Below are positions 25,770-38,592 of a DNA stretch of 64,000 nucleotides, piece by piece. The first letter of the stretch is position 1, and each line of letters opens with the position of its first letter. The stretch covers positions 744,001 through 808,000 of the forward strand of contig JBDOQK010000005.1 of assembly GCA_040437565.1 (NCBI GenBank), given 5' to 3'. Both the position numbers and the translations under genes were made by a program. A model generated the notes under the pieces. That model searched no databases. It was not told the origin of the DNA and saw nothing but the letters and a program-made list of their open reading frames with translations. This stretch comes from Albugo candida. Taxonomy: Eukaryota.

Positions 25770-26012
25770 TCTGTCGATACGGAGCCTCTTTGCGTCTCAG
25801 GGCGACCTCAAGTCTCGGCATGAGGCCTTTAGGCCCCACATGTCGATGGTGAAAAAGACTTCAGAGAAGCGTTTTAAGACGATGGAGATGCAATCTCTGC
25901 GTGTGGACGAGTACGTGATTGTGTGGACGGTGCAGTGCCACCAATTCGAATCGCAACATCGAAAGAATACGCACAGAATGAGGCAATTAAGTAACACCAA
26001 TAGAAAGTGTCA

Positions 26013-26477
26013 TTACACTTTTAATTTTTTTTTGTGGCGCCGAAATAAACGACTGGTTATCGTACTTAGGCGAGTTTGTACTCTAGTGCGCATACTCATT
26101 CGTAATTTCTCGAGTTCTCGGTCGATTGTTGCGATTTGACTGTCGGAAATCGCTCCTCCCGCCGGTGTACAGGCGACTTTGGGTCGTGGAAACATTTTGC
26201 TGAGTGAAGGTGATGATGCTGCGGTGTGTTCAGTGTCTCGTTCGCTCTCTAGCCTCCATGATAAGGATTTCTCGCTGTTTCGAATCATCATGCTCCTCTC
26301 GTTGCATTGGATGGGCTGATTTGGATGCTCTTCATGCGCGCTTTCCCGCAAGGAATTGAATCCGAATTCGACACCTGAACGATCAAACGTGTTGGGTACA
26401 TCGACATGATTCGTCACGCAGCGGGAGAGCTCCTCAATCGACGGGCTTGGGGCTTCTTGACGTAAAAGTAATGGCAT
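26013..26477 (-). CDS. Small hypothetical protein with a basic C-terminus
   Basis: 154-aa ATG-initiated ORF with a C-terminal helix and RRHKKKLKV. No family recognised. Confidence 0.5.
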   Translation of the reverse strand: MPLLLRQEAPSPSIEELSRCVTNHVDVPNTFDRSGVEFGFNSLRESAHEEHPNQPIQCNERSMMIRNSEKSLSWRLESERDTEHTAASSPSLSKMFPRPKVACTPAGGAISDSQIATIDRELEKLRMSMRTRVQTRLSTITSRLFRRHKKKLKV

Positions 26478-26884
26478 GATGCAAAAGTAGGTTCTCTCTA
26501 ATGGTGTCGAATTTCCTCAAAAGAAAATGAGTCACAAGTTTGAATGCATCGATCGATTGCGTGTCAATCTCTATGCAACGCTAAAGTATTATAGAAGGTA
26601 GAAGAGNNNNNNNNNNNNNNNNNNNNNNNNNNNNNNNNNNNNNNNNNNNNNNNNNNNNNNNNNNNNNNNNNNNNNNNNNNNNNNNNNNNNNNNNNNNNNN
26701 NNNNNNGGTATTAGCTATCGCAGTATATTCAAAATGAACGGTTTTTTATTTCTTCATAGGAGAAAAATTGCAGCATCGTGTACCTACCCCTTCGAATACG
26801 TGACATTTCACAAAGTACTTTTTGAATTGTGAAGTTGCAATTCAAAAAGATCTTTTTTGATTTCCTGAAAGACCATTTACGGAA

Positions 26885-29800
26885 ATGTTCCCTTTCGTAT
26901 ACTGTGCGCTGTTGCTCACATACGGCGCATTTGGCGCCAGAACTTCCGGCTGTGATCCGTCCAAATGGAAGCTTCCAATTGACGGTCACTACGATACACA
27001 GAGTTTTATTTCAAAAAAGAAACTCAACGTGCATTTGATTCCGCACACACATGACGACCCGTACCGTTATGCTCATATTACAAGACCCAAACAGTAAATA
27101 ATTCGCTCTGCCTGTAGTGGATGGCTTATTAATGTCGATGAATACTACATGCAGCGAGTTCAATACATTTTGGACACTGTGGTGGACGAATTATATCACA
27201 ATCCCGACAGAACGTTCATGTACGTCGAACAGGTAAGAGTCTACTCTTCAGCAAACGATATGCATAACTGATATCTGTCTGTTAGGCATTTTTTCAGCGG
27301 TGGTGGCACGAGCAAAGTCACGAGACAAAAAAGCGCGTGAAAAAACTCGTTTTGGAAGGACGACTCGACCTTACTGTTAACGGAGGATGGTGCATGCACG
27401 ATGAAGCTACGACGCACTACATAGCGATGGTGGATCAGACTGCGTATGGCCATCAATTGCTATATGAAGAGTTCAATATCACACCTCGGATTGGATGGCA
27501 AATTGATCCATTTGGACACTCTTCTACACAAGCGTCACTCCTTTCCGCCACTTTAGGCTTGGAAGCGCTCTATTTTGCACGAGTGGATCATCAAGACTAT
27601 GACAATCGGAAAGCAAATAAGAATCTCGAGTTTATGTGGCGTCCAAGCATTTCGCGTGGTAAAGCAGCTCAGGTCTTTACGGGCATCATGATCGATCATT
27701 ACGGTGCACCGGGTCATGCTCATTACGACCGAGACACTCCAATACAGGATGATCCTATGCTACATGATTTCAATGTTTGTGAGGAGGTGGACTGGTTGGT
27801 GGAAAACGCATTGGCTCGAAGCAGCTCTACGCGTGGAAATCATATCTTCATTCCAATTGGGGACGATTTCACTTATATCAACGCTCACAGGTGGTACAAG
27901 AATTTGGACAAACTGATTGTAGGCATCTTTGGCGGTATGTGCAGTTGAGATGAACTGATTGACGTCTTTCTTGTAGCACTACGTGAATCAAGACGATCGT
28001 GTCAACATTCTCTACTCAAATTTGACATATTACACCGAGCTGAAGAAGCAAGAAGGGTTGACGTGGACAGTTAAAACGGACGATTTCTTCCCGTATGCGT
28101 CGGCAGATCACGATTTTTGGGTCGGGTATTTCACGAGCCGTCCTGCTTTGAAGCGATTTGTACGCGTTTCAAACACCCTTTTGCAACAATTTCGGCAAAT
28201 TGATGCAGTGTATCAAAGTCACCATGCTGCCAATTTAGTTCCGTTGTTACGGGCTGTGGCTCTAGTAGAGCATCACGACGGTGTCTCCGGCACAGAAAAG
28301 CAAGCTGTAGCTGACGATTACGCCCTTCGTCTGAATGATGCAATTGTGATTACGGAGAAGAGTATCAACGAAGTGCTACTTAGTGTTGGCGAACGGAAGC
28401 ACTTGTCTTTGTGTCTTCTCTCAAATGTGAGCATTTGCGAAATTTCTACCGATTCTCAGGTACGATTGTTTACGCATCTCTTTCTTCATTGAAAGTCTCA
28501 TTTCGCGGGCCTCTGTAGCAATTCGAAGTGTATGTTCACAATGCGCTCCCAAGAAACAGCAAGCAGACGATTTCCATTCCAATTAAGCAAAGTACCGCAA
28601 CTGTCAAGGCGATGTCCGATGACGTTGTGATCCATAGTCAGAAAGTGGTCACCTCACTACCGTCACATCCCAGTCGTCATGAAGAAGCGCCCTACAAGCT
28701 TGAATTTACCGCTGAATTGAAGCCGCTGGTGTTTCATCGATTTGTAGTTGAGCAATCTCCTCACATTCCTTTTGCGGCTGAGCTCATGTATTCAGCACCT
28801 CGCAGGCAAAGGAGCAGCTCTGGAATCACTATCATGGAAAATGACTTTACACGCGTTGAAATCGACCGATCAACGGGCTCATTGCTTTCAGTGTACAACA
28901 AAGCCGAAAAGATATCTCTACCGGTCACATTGGCCATCTTGTACTACCGATCATTCCAAGCAAGTAGTCCCAAGTCGGGTGCATATGTCTTCCGACCAAC
29001 TTCGAACAAGACGTACCCTGCCGCTGAAATAGAAGTCTCCAAGTTTTTTTTCAAACTCGTTGAGTTCGTGGATGTGGAGACAAAGCTGAATTCGTATGGC
29101 ACTCCGACAAGTGTCGCATTTCGCTTGGGAAAATGGGTGACCATCGTATACAAGCTGGGTGAAGTGGACGAATTTGTAGAGATTGAATGGACAGTGGGAC
29201 CGATTCCTATCGATGACCATCAAGGCAAAGAAGTCATTTTGCGATTTGATACCAATAAAGCGATAAAGTCGAACGGGAGATGGTACACCGACTCGAATGG
29301 ACTCGAATTTGTCGAACGTGTGCGAAATTATCGAGCAACTTGGAATTTGACTCTACACGATGACCAAGAATTCGTCGCTGCAAATTATGCTCCAGTTACG
29401 ACCGGTGCTTATATAAAGGACAAAGCCATGCAGCTAAATTTGGTCACAGACCGGGCCCATGGCGTGGGATCGCTACAAGATGGTCAGATGGAAGTCATGG
29501 TGCATCGTCGTCTTGTAGCTGATGATAGCAAAGGCGTGCATGAACATTTGAATGAGACAGAAACGTATACAGACCCACAGACAAAAAAAACGTACACAGA
29601 CGGACTGATTGTGCGTGGAAGTACTTTTCTTGGTCTGAGTTCAGTGAAAGAAGGAATGCAAAGCATACGTACGAAAATGGAAAAGCAGTTTTATCATCCT
29701 CTGGTGCTGTTTAAAAAATCAAGTGCTGACGAGGAACTCTTGCAAATGAAGTTGCCATGGCTCCGAGTGGACAATTTCCCACCAAATTTGGGTCTGACAA

Positions 29801-30192
29801 CAATTGAAGAATTGTCCAAAAAATGCGTTCGTGTACGACTTTCTCATTTGTATGCGGTCGAAGAGCATTCTGAGCTATCAAAGCCCATCAAAGTGGACTT
29901 TGAGCAATTGTTCAAGACGAATAATGCAAAAGAAAAAGTTTTGAAAGTGGCCGAACTCAATTTGGCTGGCACGCAGGAGATGCGACCGCAAGATGACCAA
30001 AGTGTGATGACGAGAATCGCTTCTTGGCGTACAGAAGACGACGCTGTTGATATTCCCTTCTCGCATCCTCTCCAGGGATCAAAAGTGGAATTACAAGCAA
30101 TGGAAGTTCGCACGTTCAAAATCTGCTTCGGATTCAGTTGGTCAGATGAGAGGCACATTGAACAACTTCATGATCGCACGTCTTTCAAGTAA
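26885..30192 (+). CDS. GH38 lysosomal-type alpha-mannosidase, multi-exon
   Basis: Signal peptide, LNVHLIPHTHDDP|GWL, NGGWCMHDEA, GWQIDPFGHS (catalytic nucleophile motif), YFTSRPALKR, HHDGVSGT, WYTDSNG and EVMVHRRL. Confidence 0.95.
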
Positions 30193-30229
30193 CTGGTGTA
30201 CAATAGCAATTGGAAGAGCTTTTTTGTAT

Positions 30230-33029
30230 TCATAATGTGGAAAATAAAAGGAATGTGTTGTAGCATGCGATGAGGACGGCGAAAAGAAGCAACATCAGCC
30301 GCAATCGAATCTCAAAGTAGACGCGTTTCAAGTGCCCACGAATGCGTTTCATGACAAAATTCACATTGTCCAAGCTTCCATCTCTATTGCAGAATGCTAG
30401 ACACTGAATTCGCCCGTCATTGAGGTCTTCCCACCAACACAATCCAAAGATTCGAAGGAGTGTGTGAGCCACAAATCGAGCAGTTATCATTACACTGAAT
30501 GTGAACCAGTACGATGCCATTGTGAGGTACACTACGCGCTCCAACGTACAGACGTATTGACGTTCCACATCGCGTATGGTGAGATTGCTGCAGGATTTAA
30601 AGGTTTGAGTGATCTGCTGGTGAGAAATCGGCTGACACCAATTCTGATTTAGGACGTCAAGTTGGAGGAATTTTGGCTCACATGTGCTGAAGTTTGTGTT
30701 GCTGAGAGGTTCCAAAGTATCGACACAAGCTTCAAAAGCGTTTACCAGCTCGAGACTTTTCTTTTGTTGATCCAAAACTGCTTCTCTCCTCGCTGAAAGA
30801 ATGGATTTCTATGAGAATAATTGATCCGTTCCATACCTTCAGCGTACCGTTTTGATTCTCAGCGAATGGCTCCAGCTCATATCGCTGTAGATTGCGACAT
30901 GTACGCAAGTAAAAGGTGACTACAGCGTCCTCGGACTCTTCCAGCTGCTTGCTAACGCTCCCGATCGTACCAAACATCGATGAAGCCCAACTGTCTTGCA
31001 GAAAATCAGCCCATCGGACCTTCGATTCGGACGATCGAACGCAGCCTTCGTACCAGCTCACCTTCCACGAGTAAAGCAAAGCTGTGATGAGAACAAGAAG
31101 AAGCAGGTATCCAGCTCGCTTGATGACAGCTTTGAGGTATATTGGAACGTATACAATCAATTTGTAGCAATATCGAGCAAATTTGTGTCGACATGGAAGC
31201 CTGCGTGAGAGGTTCGACTGAATGCAAAGATGTTGATCGTATCAGACCGTAAAAGTGGCAATGTCGTCGACGTACCTCTTCCGAGAATTTGGACATATCT
31301 CGGACATCCAACGTCGTCATCGGAGTGTAAATGCCGCAATACAATTTGACTCCAACCGCAAGGATCAGATAGATATTCCCTGCCGTATCAAACATATTCA
31401 AATATGAATACAAAAGCTTCATTTGCGAGTTTGGGTTGCCTTTGGATGTCAGCAGAGAAAGCCGAATGTGATGCATCCAATCCAAAGTCGTTGAGAACCA
31501 ATCATTCGCATCTGATCCACGTGTATCGACCGCAACTTTCGTTGGAGGTTGACGACGTGCAAGACGCTTCACAAGTGAATGCTTCGGCATGGATCCACTT
31601 TGCGTGTGTCTGTGAGTACGATCTGACAAAGCGCTACTCAAAGATTTGATTTGATGTGTGAGTTCTTCCCATCCGCTCATCCAATTGTTTACGAATTTAT
31701 TCCATTCGTTAGAGAATGCGCGAGTCTCATTCAAAAGCTTCAATTTGGACACTTTGACGCTTTCATCAATCACGTAAACATCCTCAAGCAACTTGTCTTG
31801 AATTTGATGTATTGTCGACATGGAGTCTTGCAAGATAATTCGTGCTGGAGATGAGATATACTGCCATGTCGTATTCCACAGCTTTTTCAATGGCTTTTGC
31901 AGTGTTTTCGTTTCGGATATCATTTTCGATTGAATAGGATCAATCCGTATGGCGTTTGACGATGCCAAATGAAGCACTTGCAATTGCCGTATGGACGCAT
32001 TTGTCAAATTTCCATAATTCAGCATCCATTGTGTGATTGACGCTTCCAGACTTTTGACATCAGTAGCGATGGTACCCACGACTTCCGCCAGTGTCTCAGT
32101 GATACGCGACGCAATGGGCAGAGCATTCGGTCGTGTCAAGTTTTTCAATTGGCTTATCTGAGAGGCTACAAACTGCGTCATGCGGCTCAATTTACCTTTC
32201 AAAATCAGCTTTTCAAGGTGTATCGCTGCATTGTCATCCGATTCGACAGCGCGGAAAAGCCCATTCGCCAGTTGTGTCGAACAAATTGATACGTTTTGTG
32301 TTTCTTGTGGAATGGCGAGTCCAGTAAGAGCTTTTAGGCCTACAGAATCACAAATCAGATCAAGTTTCAGCGTATTGTGAGCGAACATTGTGATATCTCC
32401 ACTTCTGCAGCGACGAGTTTTGGCTGATTGCGTTCGAGTGTATCAATGGCTTTGCTTGCGTCGATGAGGATTTTGTCGAGCATTTTATCTTCCAAGCTCC
32501 TCGCTTTAGTGCGCAGACATTCTGATATGTTACCGAGACTTTCAGCATATACGTGGTGCTCAGTGGAAGCCTGCTCGATCCATCGAGGAATCTCGTACAC
32601 GCGGAGAAAGAATTCCGCCAATTTGACCGTAAATGTCAGCTTTGTGCTCCAAAGACAGAAAATGGCACATAGGAAGAACAAAAGACGAGGATGAGACCCA
32701 AACCATTCCCATAACCTTGTGAGATGGAAGGGTGTTGAAGGTGTGTCATTCGATACAGTCAGTGAAATGCAGTCTTGCGGTCTAATATGGAAGTCTGCAT
32801 CGTACACGCGACGCCGATACCAAATATTTGCGTAATGAGAGTTTTTGGACGAGGAAGCTTTCAGCGGAGGCGTCTGAATGGCACACAATGGAGGAGACTC
32901 CTGTGGAGGCTTTGCAATTCGACGGAACCAATCGCTCATATTTGCCGAGTGAAGACGAGAGGTAGAGAAAGAGTTCGATAGAAATTGACTAATCGACAAG
33001 TCTCTCGACTTTATGAAAGGAGTACTCAT
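30230..33029 (-). CDS. Multi-pass (about 5 TM) membrane protein with two large loops, multi-exon hypothetical; start uncertain (33029 or 32939)
   Basis: ORFs 32367-33068, 31006-32388, 30732-31160 and 30230-30775 on one strand. A ~47-bp GT-AG intron joins ISQC|LKALTG in frame. Hydrophobic segments LLFFLCAIFCLW, IYLILAVGVKLYCGIY, YLLLLVLITALLY, YWFTFSVMITA, LMLLLFAVLIACY. Confidence 0.65.
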
Positions 33030-33635
33030 AATAAATGAATGGAAATAGCAAAATCGTATCATCAACAAAACATTTCAAACGACGCGCATGAAAAGGTTTA
33101 ATCCTCGTACTCGAAATTCAAAAAGTGCTCAGACATCCAAGGAAATAAGAAGCCTCAACCAGTTGTAATCAGACGGCAATCTGAAAACTGTCAGCAACAA
33201 CACTGCGAATGTTTATGGGAATATCCATCATCATAGCACGGAAATAGGTGTCGTGGAGAACACGATTTGAGTAATCCCCGTCGAGTTAGCTTACACATGA
33301 AGACAGCACGACTCTGCCAGGATCATGAAGCCAATTGCATAACTTTTATTCGGACAATCATTCCTCGCCAAATTCACCATAGAAGCTCCAGATATCTTCG
33401 AAAAGATACCCTTCGTCGCCCACAGAGGCTTCATAGCGAGGGGACCACGAGCTAACGCTGGTACTCTCTACCTTGGTGTCCGGGGAATTTCCCCTAGTCA
33501 TTTCCTTACGGAAATCCACTTGACTTTGCAATTCTAAATCGTGTTCTGAAGAATGTTTGTGTAGCAATTGGATTTCGAACGAATGTCTTACAGCCAATCG
33601 TTAGCTTCGAACATTCTAGAAAAACGAATTTAACG

Positions 33636-36600
33636 ATGGATGATAAAAGTACGACTACCGTTGACTATGTTCGCATATCTGCCAAATGGAAGCGTGTGAT
33701 TGGCAGTATATCGTTAATGAGCTTTTGCATCGAAATACGACTTCATTCCTTCACATTGGCACTTTAACAAGTAATCGCGAATTTAGACTCTGTACAGCAC
33801 TCAGAAGACGAAAATGCAATCATTATCATACTATCGAGCGATGTGGAGCATTCCGCACACATAAACGATAGCGAAAATGCTTCTTTTTGGGAGATCATCC
33901 GCGCGAAATTGGAAGCAACGCATATGTCTCGCACGCAAATGCGATTGCATTTTTGGTTGCAAAATCTTCCAAATGCCAAATACGAAACAAATGAGTTACA
34001 TCTCGTCTACCACGTCGCAAAACCGCAAAACACGCAGCTCATGGCTTCTGACGTTTTTGATACGCTGACGCATAATCACGTCACAATTTTTCTCATTCAA
34101 CTCCAAACTGTATTCAACTCCCATTGTCCCTCTTTGCAGATGCGCTGTCCCAAAGAAACACTAATTTGTCAACGAGAAGCGCTCAATTCTTCTGTTCGAG
34201 TCTCCTGGCTTCATCCATCATACAGTTTAGTTATGACTTGGTATCGAGCCTTCCAGCCGTTGGATCAGTACAACATCGACTGCAGGGGACAGATAGCGTA
34301 TGAGATCTACTCAGCATGCACTCTAAAGTCTTCTCTGCCATTGAGTCTTTTATTATTGCTCGCGAGATGGACACATTGTCATCCGATTGTCATGCGCGAG
34401 GTGGAGCCTCTTATTCAGAAAAAAGCTCGATACTTGCACCAGCGTCATCGCAAAAGCATTCAGAAACTGCTCGGTTCCTGTGAACTCTTTGCACCGAATA
34501 GCGTTTCAACAGCTTCGATTTTCCATCAATTGGAATGTCCGATTCTATTAGCAATCTGTGAGAGCGACAATCAAAGGCGCGTAAGACTGTCACAGTGTCG
34601 ACTTTGGGACCGCCAGAAGCACTTTTACAAAACAAAAGGGATGGACGCCTGGAGTAAACATCACATTCCCTGTGGTATTTCCGGTTCTTCGTTGATAGCA
34701 CAGCATTATGCCCGTACGTTTGTGAAGTAGGCAAACAACCCAAGTGTCTAACGGTATGCTCAGGCCTAGCCATCGAATTCCTGACTTGTGCTGCAAGCAA
34801 GCGATCGTCTGCAGAGACACTACCGCCGTCACTGCAGCCCAACTGCTATATTTTCGAGGCCGCGAGTGGATCATGCAAGTTTCTATCGGCGTTTTTGCAC
34901 CATTTCTTCACCTTGGTCGACTTGCAACATGACGATCGGGACCTATTGATACCTTGCGTAATTGCCAGTGACCTCAGTGAACAAGTGATCACCTCTCGCC
35001 TGAAAATGACCTGTTTTCAGAAATATCTTGAAAAAAATCAGTTGGACTTTGTGATAATGGACACGAATGCAATAATGCGAGAGAAGGACACAAAGCGATT
35101 CTACCGAATTTACCAGCAGCGATATTGGTCATACGATACGCTCGATCCAGTGTTCATCATCGGCAATTACTTTCTGGACTCCCTCCCTTCGGACGCATGG
35201 ATTCTGCAGCACGATACTGCGTGCACGCTGTATGAAACATGCGTTTCTGCCGACGTCGAATCTGCAAAAGACGTGGAATGTACACTACGGCCTTATCACG
35301 GAGACGCTTACGAGAATCCATTGATTGAAAAAACATTTCGGAATGTAGTGAGTCGAGCAATCGCATCGAAACCCAGCCTTTCATTGTCCCTTATTGTGTT
35401 TCCAATCCATTCTTTGGAGTTTCTGATTCAGATTTTGGGTATAAAAGCAAACTCTCCATCACCCCGAGGCTTTATTTTCGGTGACACGCGATGTTCTTTC
35501 AGAGATCCGTTCAAATCGTTCCCATACATTGAGCTTCCACAACTCTCTCCGACACCCGATTGCTTTTGTCTAGCGGTCGACTTTGAAATTCTCCAAGCAT
35601 TCTTCGACGAGTTGAGAGATATTCCAGCGTGGCTCAGACTTGATAGCAATGTCGCTAATGACACATTCGATATCTGTACGGGATCAATTCATGTCGAAGA
35701 ACGCGATCGTGTCAGAGTGTATACAACCTTACAGAGTACCATTTCTCCATGCGACTTCGATCTTCTTCACGATTTGCTGTTACATGGCACATTGAATGGC
35801 ATTTTGTATGATTTCAAACTCGAGACGCTGTTGGCATTGCTAATTCACAGCGGTTTTGATTACGAATTGTTCCTTCTTGTGCAATGGAATTTGTATCGAA
35901 AGTGGAAGCAGCAACAAAATGAGCAAATAAGAAAACGGATCTGTGAGATCGGATGGAAATGCTATCAAATGCGCTACGAAATGGACTCCAATGCCGTGAT
36001 CTCTGTCGGGAGACAAAATGTGCAAATGACACGCTGGCTAAAACGTNNNNNNNNNNNNNNNNNNNNNNNNNNNNNNNNNNNNNNNNNNNNNNNNNNNNNN
36101 NNNNNNNNNNNNNNNNNNNNNNNNNNNNNNNNNNNNNNNNNNNNNNCTCCAAGCATTCTTCGACGAGTTGAGAGATATTCCAGCGTGGCTCAGACTTGAT
36201 AGCAATGTCGCTAATGACACATTCGATATCTGTACGGGATCAATTCATGTCGAAGAACGCGATCGTGTCAGAGTGTATACAACCTTACAGAGTACCATTT
36301 CTCCATGCGACTTCGATCTTCTTCACGATTTGCTGTTACATGGCACATTGAATGGCATTTTGTATGATTTCAAACTCGAGACGCTGTTGGCATTGCTAAT
36401 TCACAGCGGTTTTGATTACGAATTGTTCCTTCTTGTGCAATGGAATTTGTATCGAAAGTGGAAGCAGCAACAAAATGAGCAAATAAGAAAACGGATCTGT
36501 GAGATCGGATGGAAATGCTATCAAATGCGCTACGAAATGGACTCCAATGCCGTGATCTCTGTCGGGAGACAAAATGTGCAAATGACACGCTGGCTAAAAC

Positions 36601-36749
36601 GTAAGTGGAAAACTCCTTTCAGAATGCGAATGACAGAGCTTCAATATGTAGTTCTAAAGTGTGATCACAAAGCCCGTACAACCTCAGACGCGACGTATAT
36701 CGAAAGGAGAGACTCGAGCGGTTTTTCCCGTAAAAATAGAAGTATGTGA
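33636..36749 (+). CDS. Divergent SAM-dependent methyltransferase-like protein (MidA/NDUFAF7-related); start uncertain, internal assembly duplication
   Basis: RLSQCRLWDRQKHFYKTKGMDAWS..IP..ISGSSLIAQHYA, degenerate motif I YIFEAASGSCKF, IASDLS, and FIIGNYFLDSLPSD (compare MidA-family NEFFDALP). Confidence 0.6.
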
Positions 36750-36768
36750 ATATGGCTGTGCATTTGTG

Positions 36769-38567
36769 ATGGAGAAGCGCTTGACAAAGTCATTGAGTAC
36801 TGCTGGGAGGAATCTCGTCTCAGAAGCATCGACAATACCGGAGATCTTATCAATAGAACATGTGTCATCGGCTACTCGCTTACTGGAAAAACGACGGCAA
36901 ATGTTTGAGGTCCAAGATGCTTTAGACCTCCAGAAAGAAGAGTATGCCAGACAAGAAGTAAGAGCAAGTGCTGGGTATGCTTTGGGCTTAGTGAATTCGA
37001 TCTGTAGGACTCCTTCGCACGACGCGAAGAAATGCTGCGACGAAAAGATCTAGAGATGCAGGAATCTTTGGTCAAATTCAATACGTTCCTCGAAGTACGC
37101 ACGCAATTCGTTCGTTCCGACGAATTTGATCAATTACTGACTTTCGTTTAGGAAAACGAACTGAAACGTAATCGCGCAAACAAACGCGCGAATGAAGAGA
37201 TCAAGCAGCGTCAACACGAAGAAGAAGTGATTGAGAGTCTGAAGAACACTCTGACGCAATCTCTACTCGAGAAAGAAAAGCTTGCAATTCAGGTCAAGAA
37301 AAATCTCAAGTACTTACGATACCTGGAAACCGTTCAAGAAGCCGCACCCGAAGACTTCCCCGAAATATCAGATCTCGTGAATCGATATCGCACGCTTTCG
37401 GATACCAATCGCGACTTACGACAACTACAGAGTCGGAATGACTCTGAAAACGATAAGAAACGCACTGATTACACAACTTTCCAAAGAGAACGAGCGAACG
37501 AGATTCTTAGTTGCAACAATCAAATTGCTGCCTTACAGCACACACTCGAAGAGAAAGAGGCTCATCTCATACGTCTCCAGCAAACGAGTGACAATAACGC
37601 TCGTTCCACGACGCAAAAGACTCTGGCNNNNNNNNNNNNNNNNNNNNNNNNNNNNNNNNNNNNNNNNNNNNNNNNNNNNNNNNNNNNNNNNNNNNNNNNN
37701 NNNNNNNNNNNNNNNNNNNNNNNNNNNAATCGCGCAAACAAACGCGCGAATGAAGAGATCAAGCAGCGTCAACACGAAGAAGAAGTGATTGAGAGTCTGA
37801 AGAACACTCTGACGCAATCTCTACTCGAGAAAGAAAAGCTTGCAATTCAGGTCAAGAAAAATCTCAAGTACTTACGATACCTGGAAACCGTTCAAGAAGC
37901 CGCACCCGAAGACTTCCCCGAAATATCAGATCTCGTGAATCGATATCGCACGCTTTCGGATACCAATCGCGACTTACGACAACTACAGAGTCGGAATGAC
38001 TCTGAAAACGATAAGAAACGCACTGATTACACAACTTTCCAAAGAGAACGAGCGAACGAGATTCTTAGTTGCAACAATCAAATTGCTGCCTTACAGCACA
38101 CACTCGAAGAGAAAGAGGCTCATCTCATACGTCTCCAGCAAACGAGTGACAATAACGCTCGTTCCACGACGCAAAAGACTCTGGCATTGGGACAAATCAC
38201 TATGGCCATTGGTAATTTACTGCAACGTGCAACAAGCGGAACTCACGGAAAGCTTCTCAAACATGTCGATGGACTTGTCAAAGGTTTAGAGTCGTCAAAT
38301 GGAAGTAACAGCTCCGAAATCGATATTGTAGCGCGAAGTATCAAAGCAATGGCCGATTTGGATGTCGTAGCAGCTTACATTATCGACTTTACAGCCATCG
38401 TGCAAGATCGTCAGGAATTCCAAAAGGCACAAAAGAAAGCAAACCATACAAATTCGCAAACGCTACATCCAGAAGTAGGACCAGGAATCATCTCTATAAA
38501 ATTACCAGGAGCGTCCAGTAAACTCCGATCAAATAGCGCATATTCAACCGATAGTGTCAAGAACTGA
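36769..38567 (+). CDS. CFAP73: CFAP73/CCDC42-like (DUF4200) flagellar coiled-coil protein, multi-exon, with assembly duplication
   Basis: ATRLLEKRRQMFEVQDALDLQKEEYARQE|DSFARREEMLRRKDLEMQESLVKFNTFLE|ENELKRNRANKRANEE, and YLETV..DFPEISDLVNRYRTL. Confidence 0.85.
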
Positions 38568-38592
38568 AATGATGTATATCACCTAAATTAGG

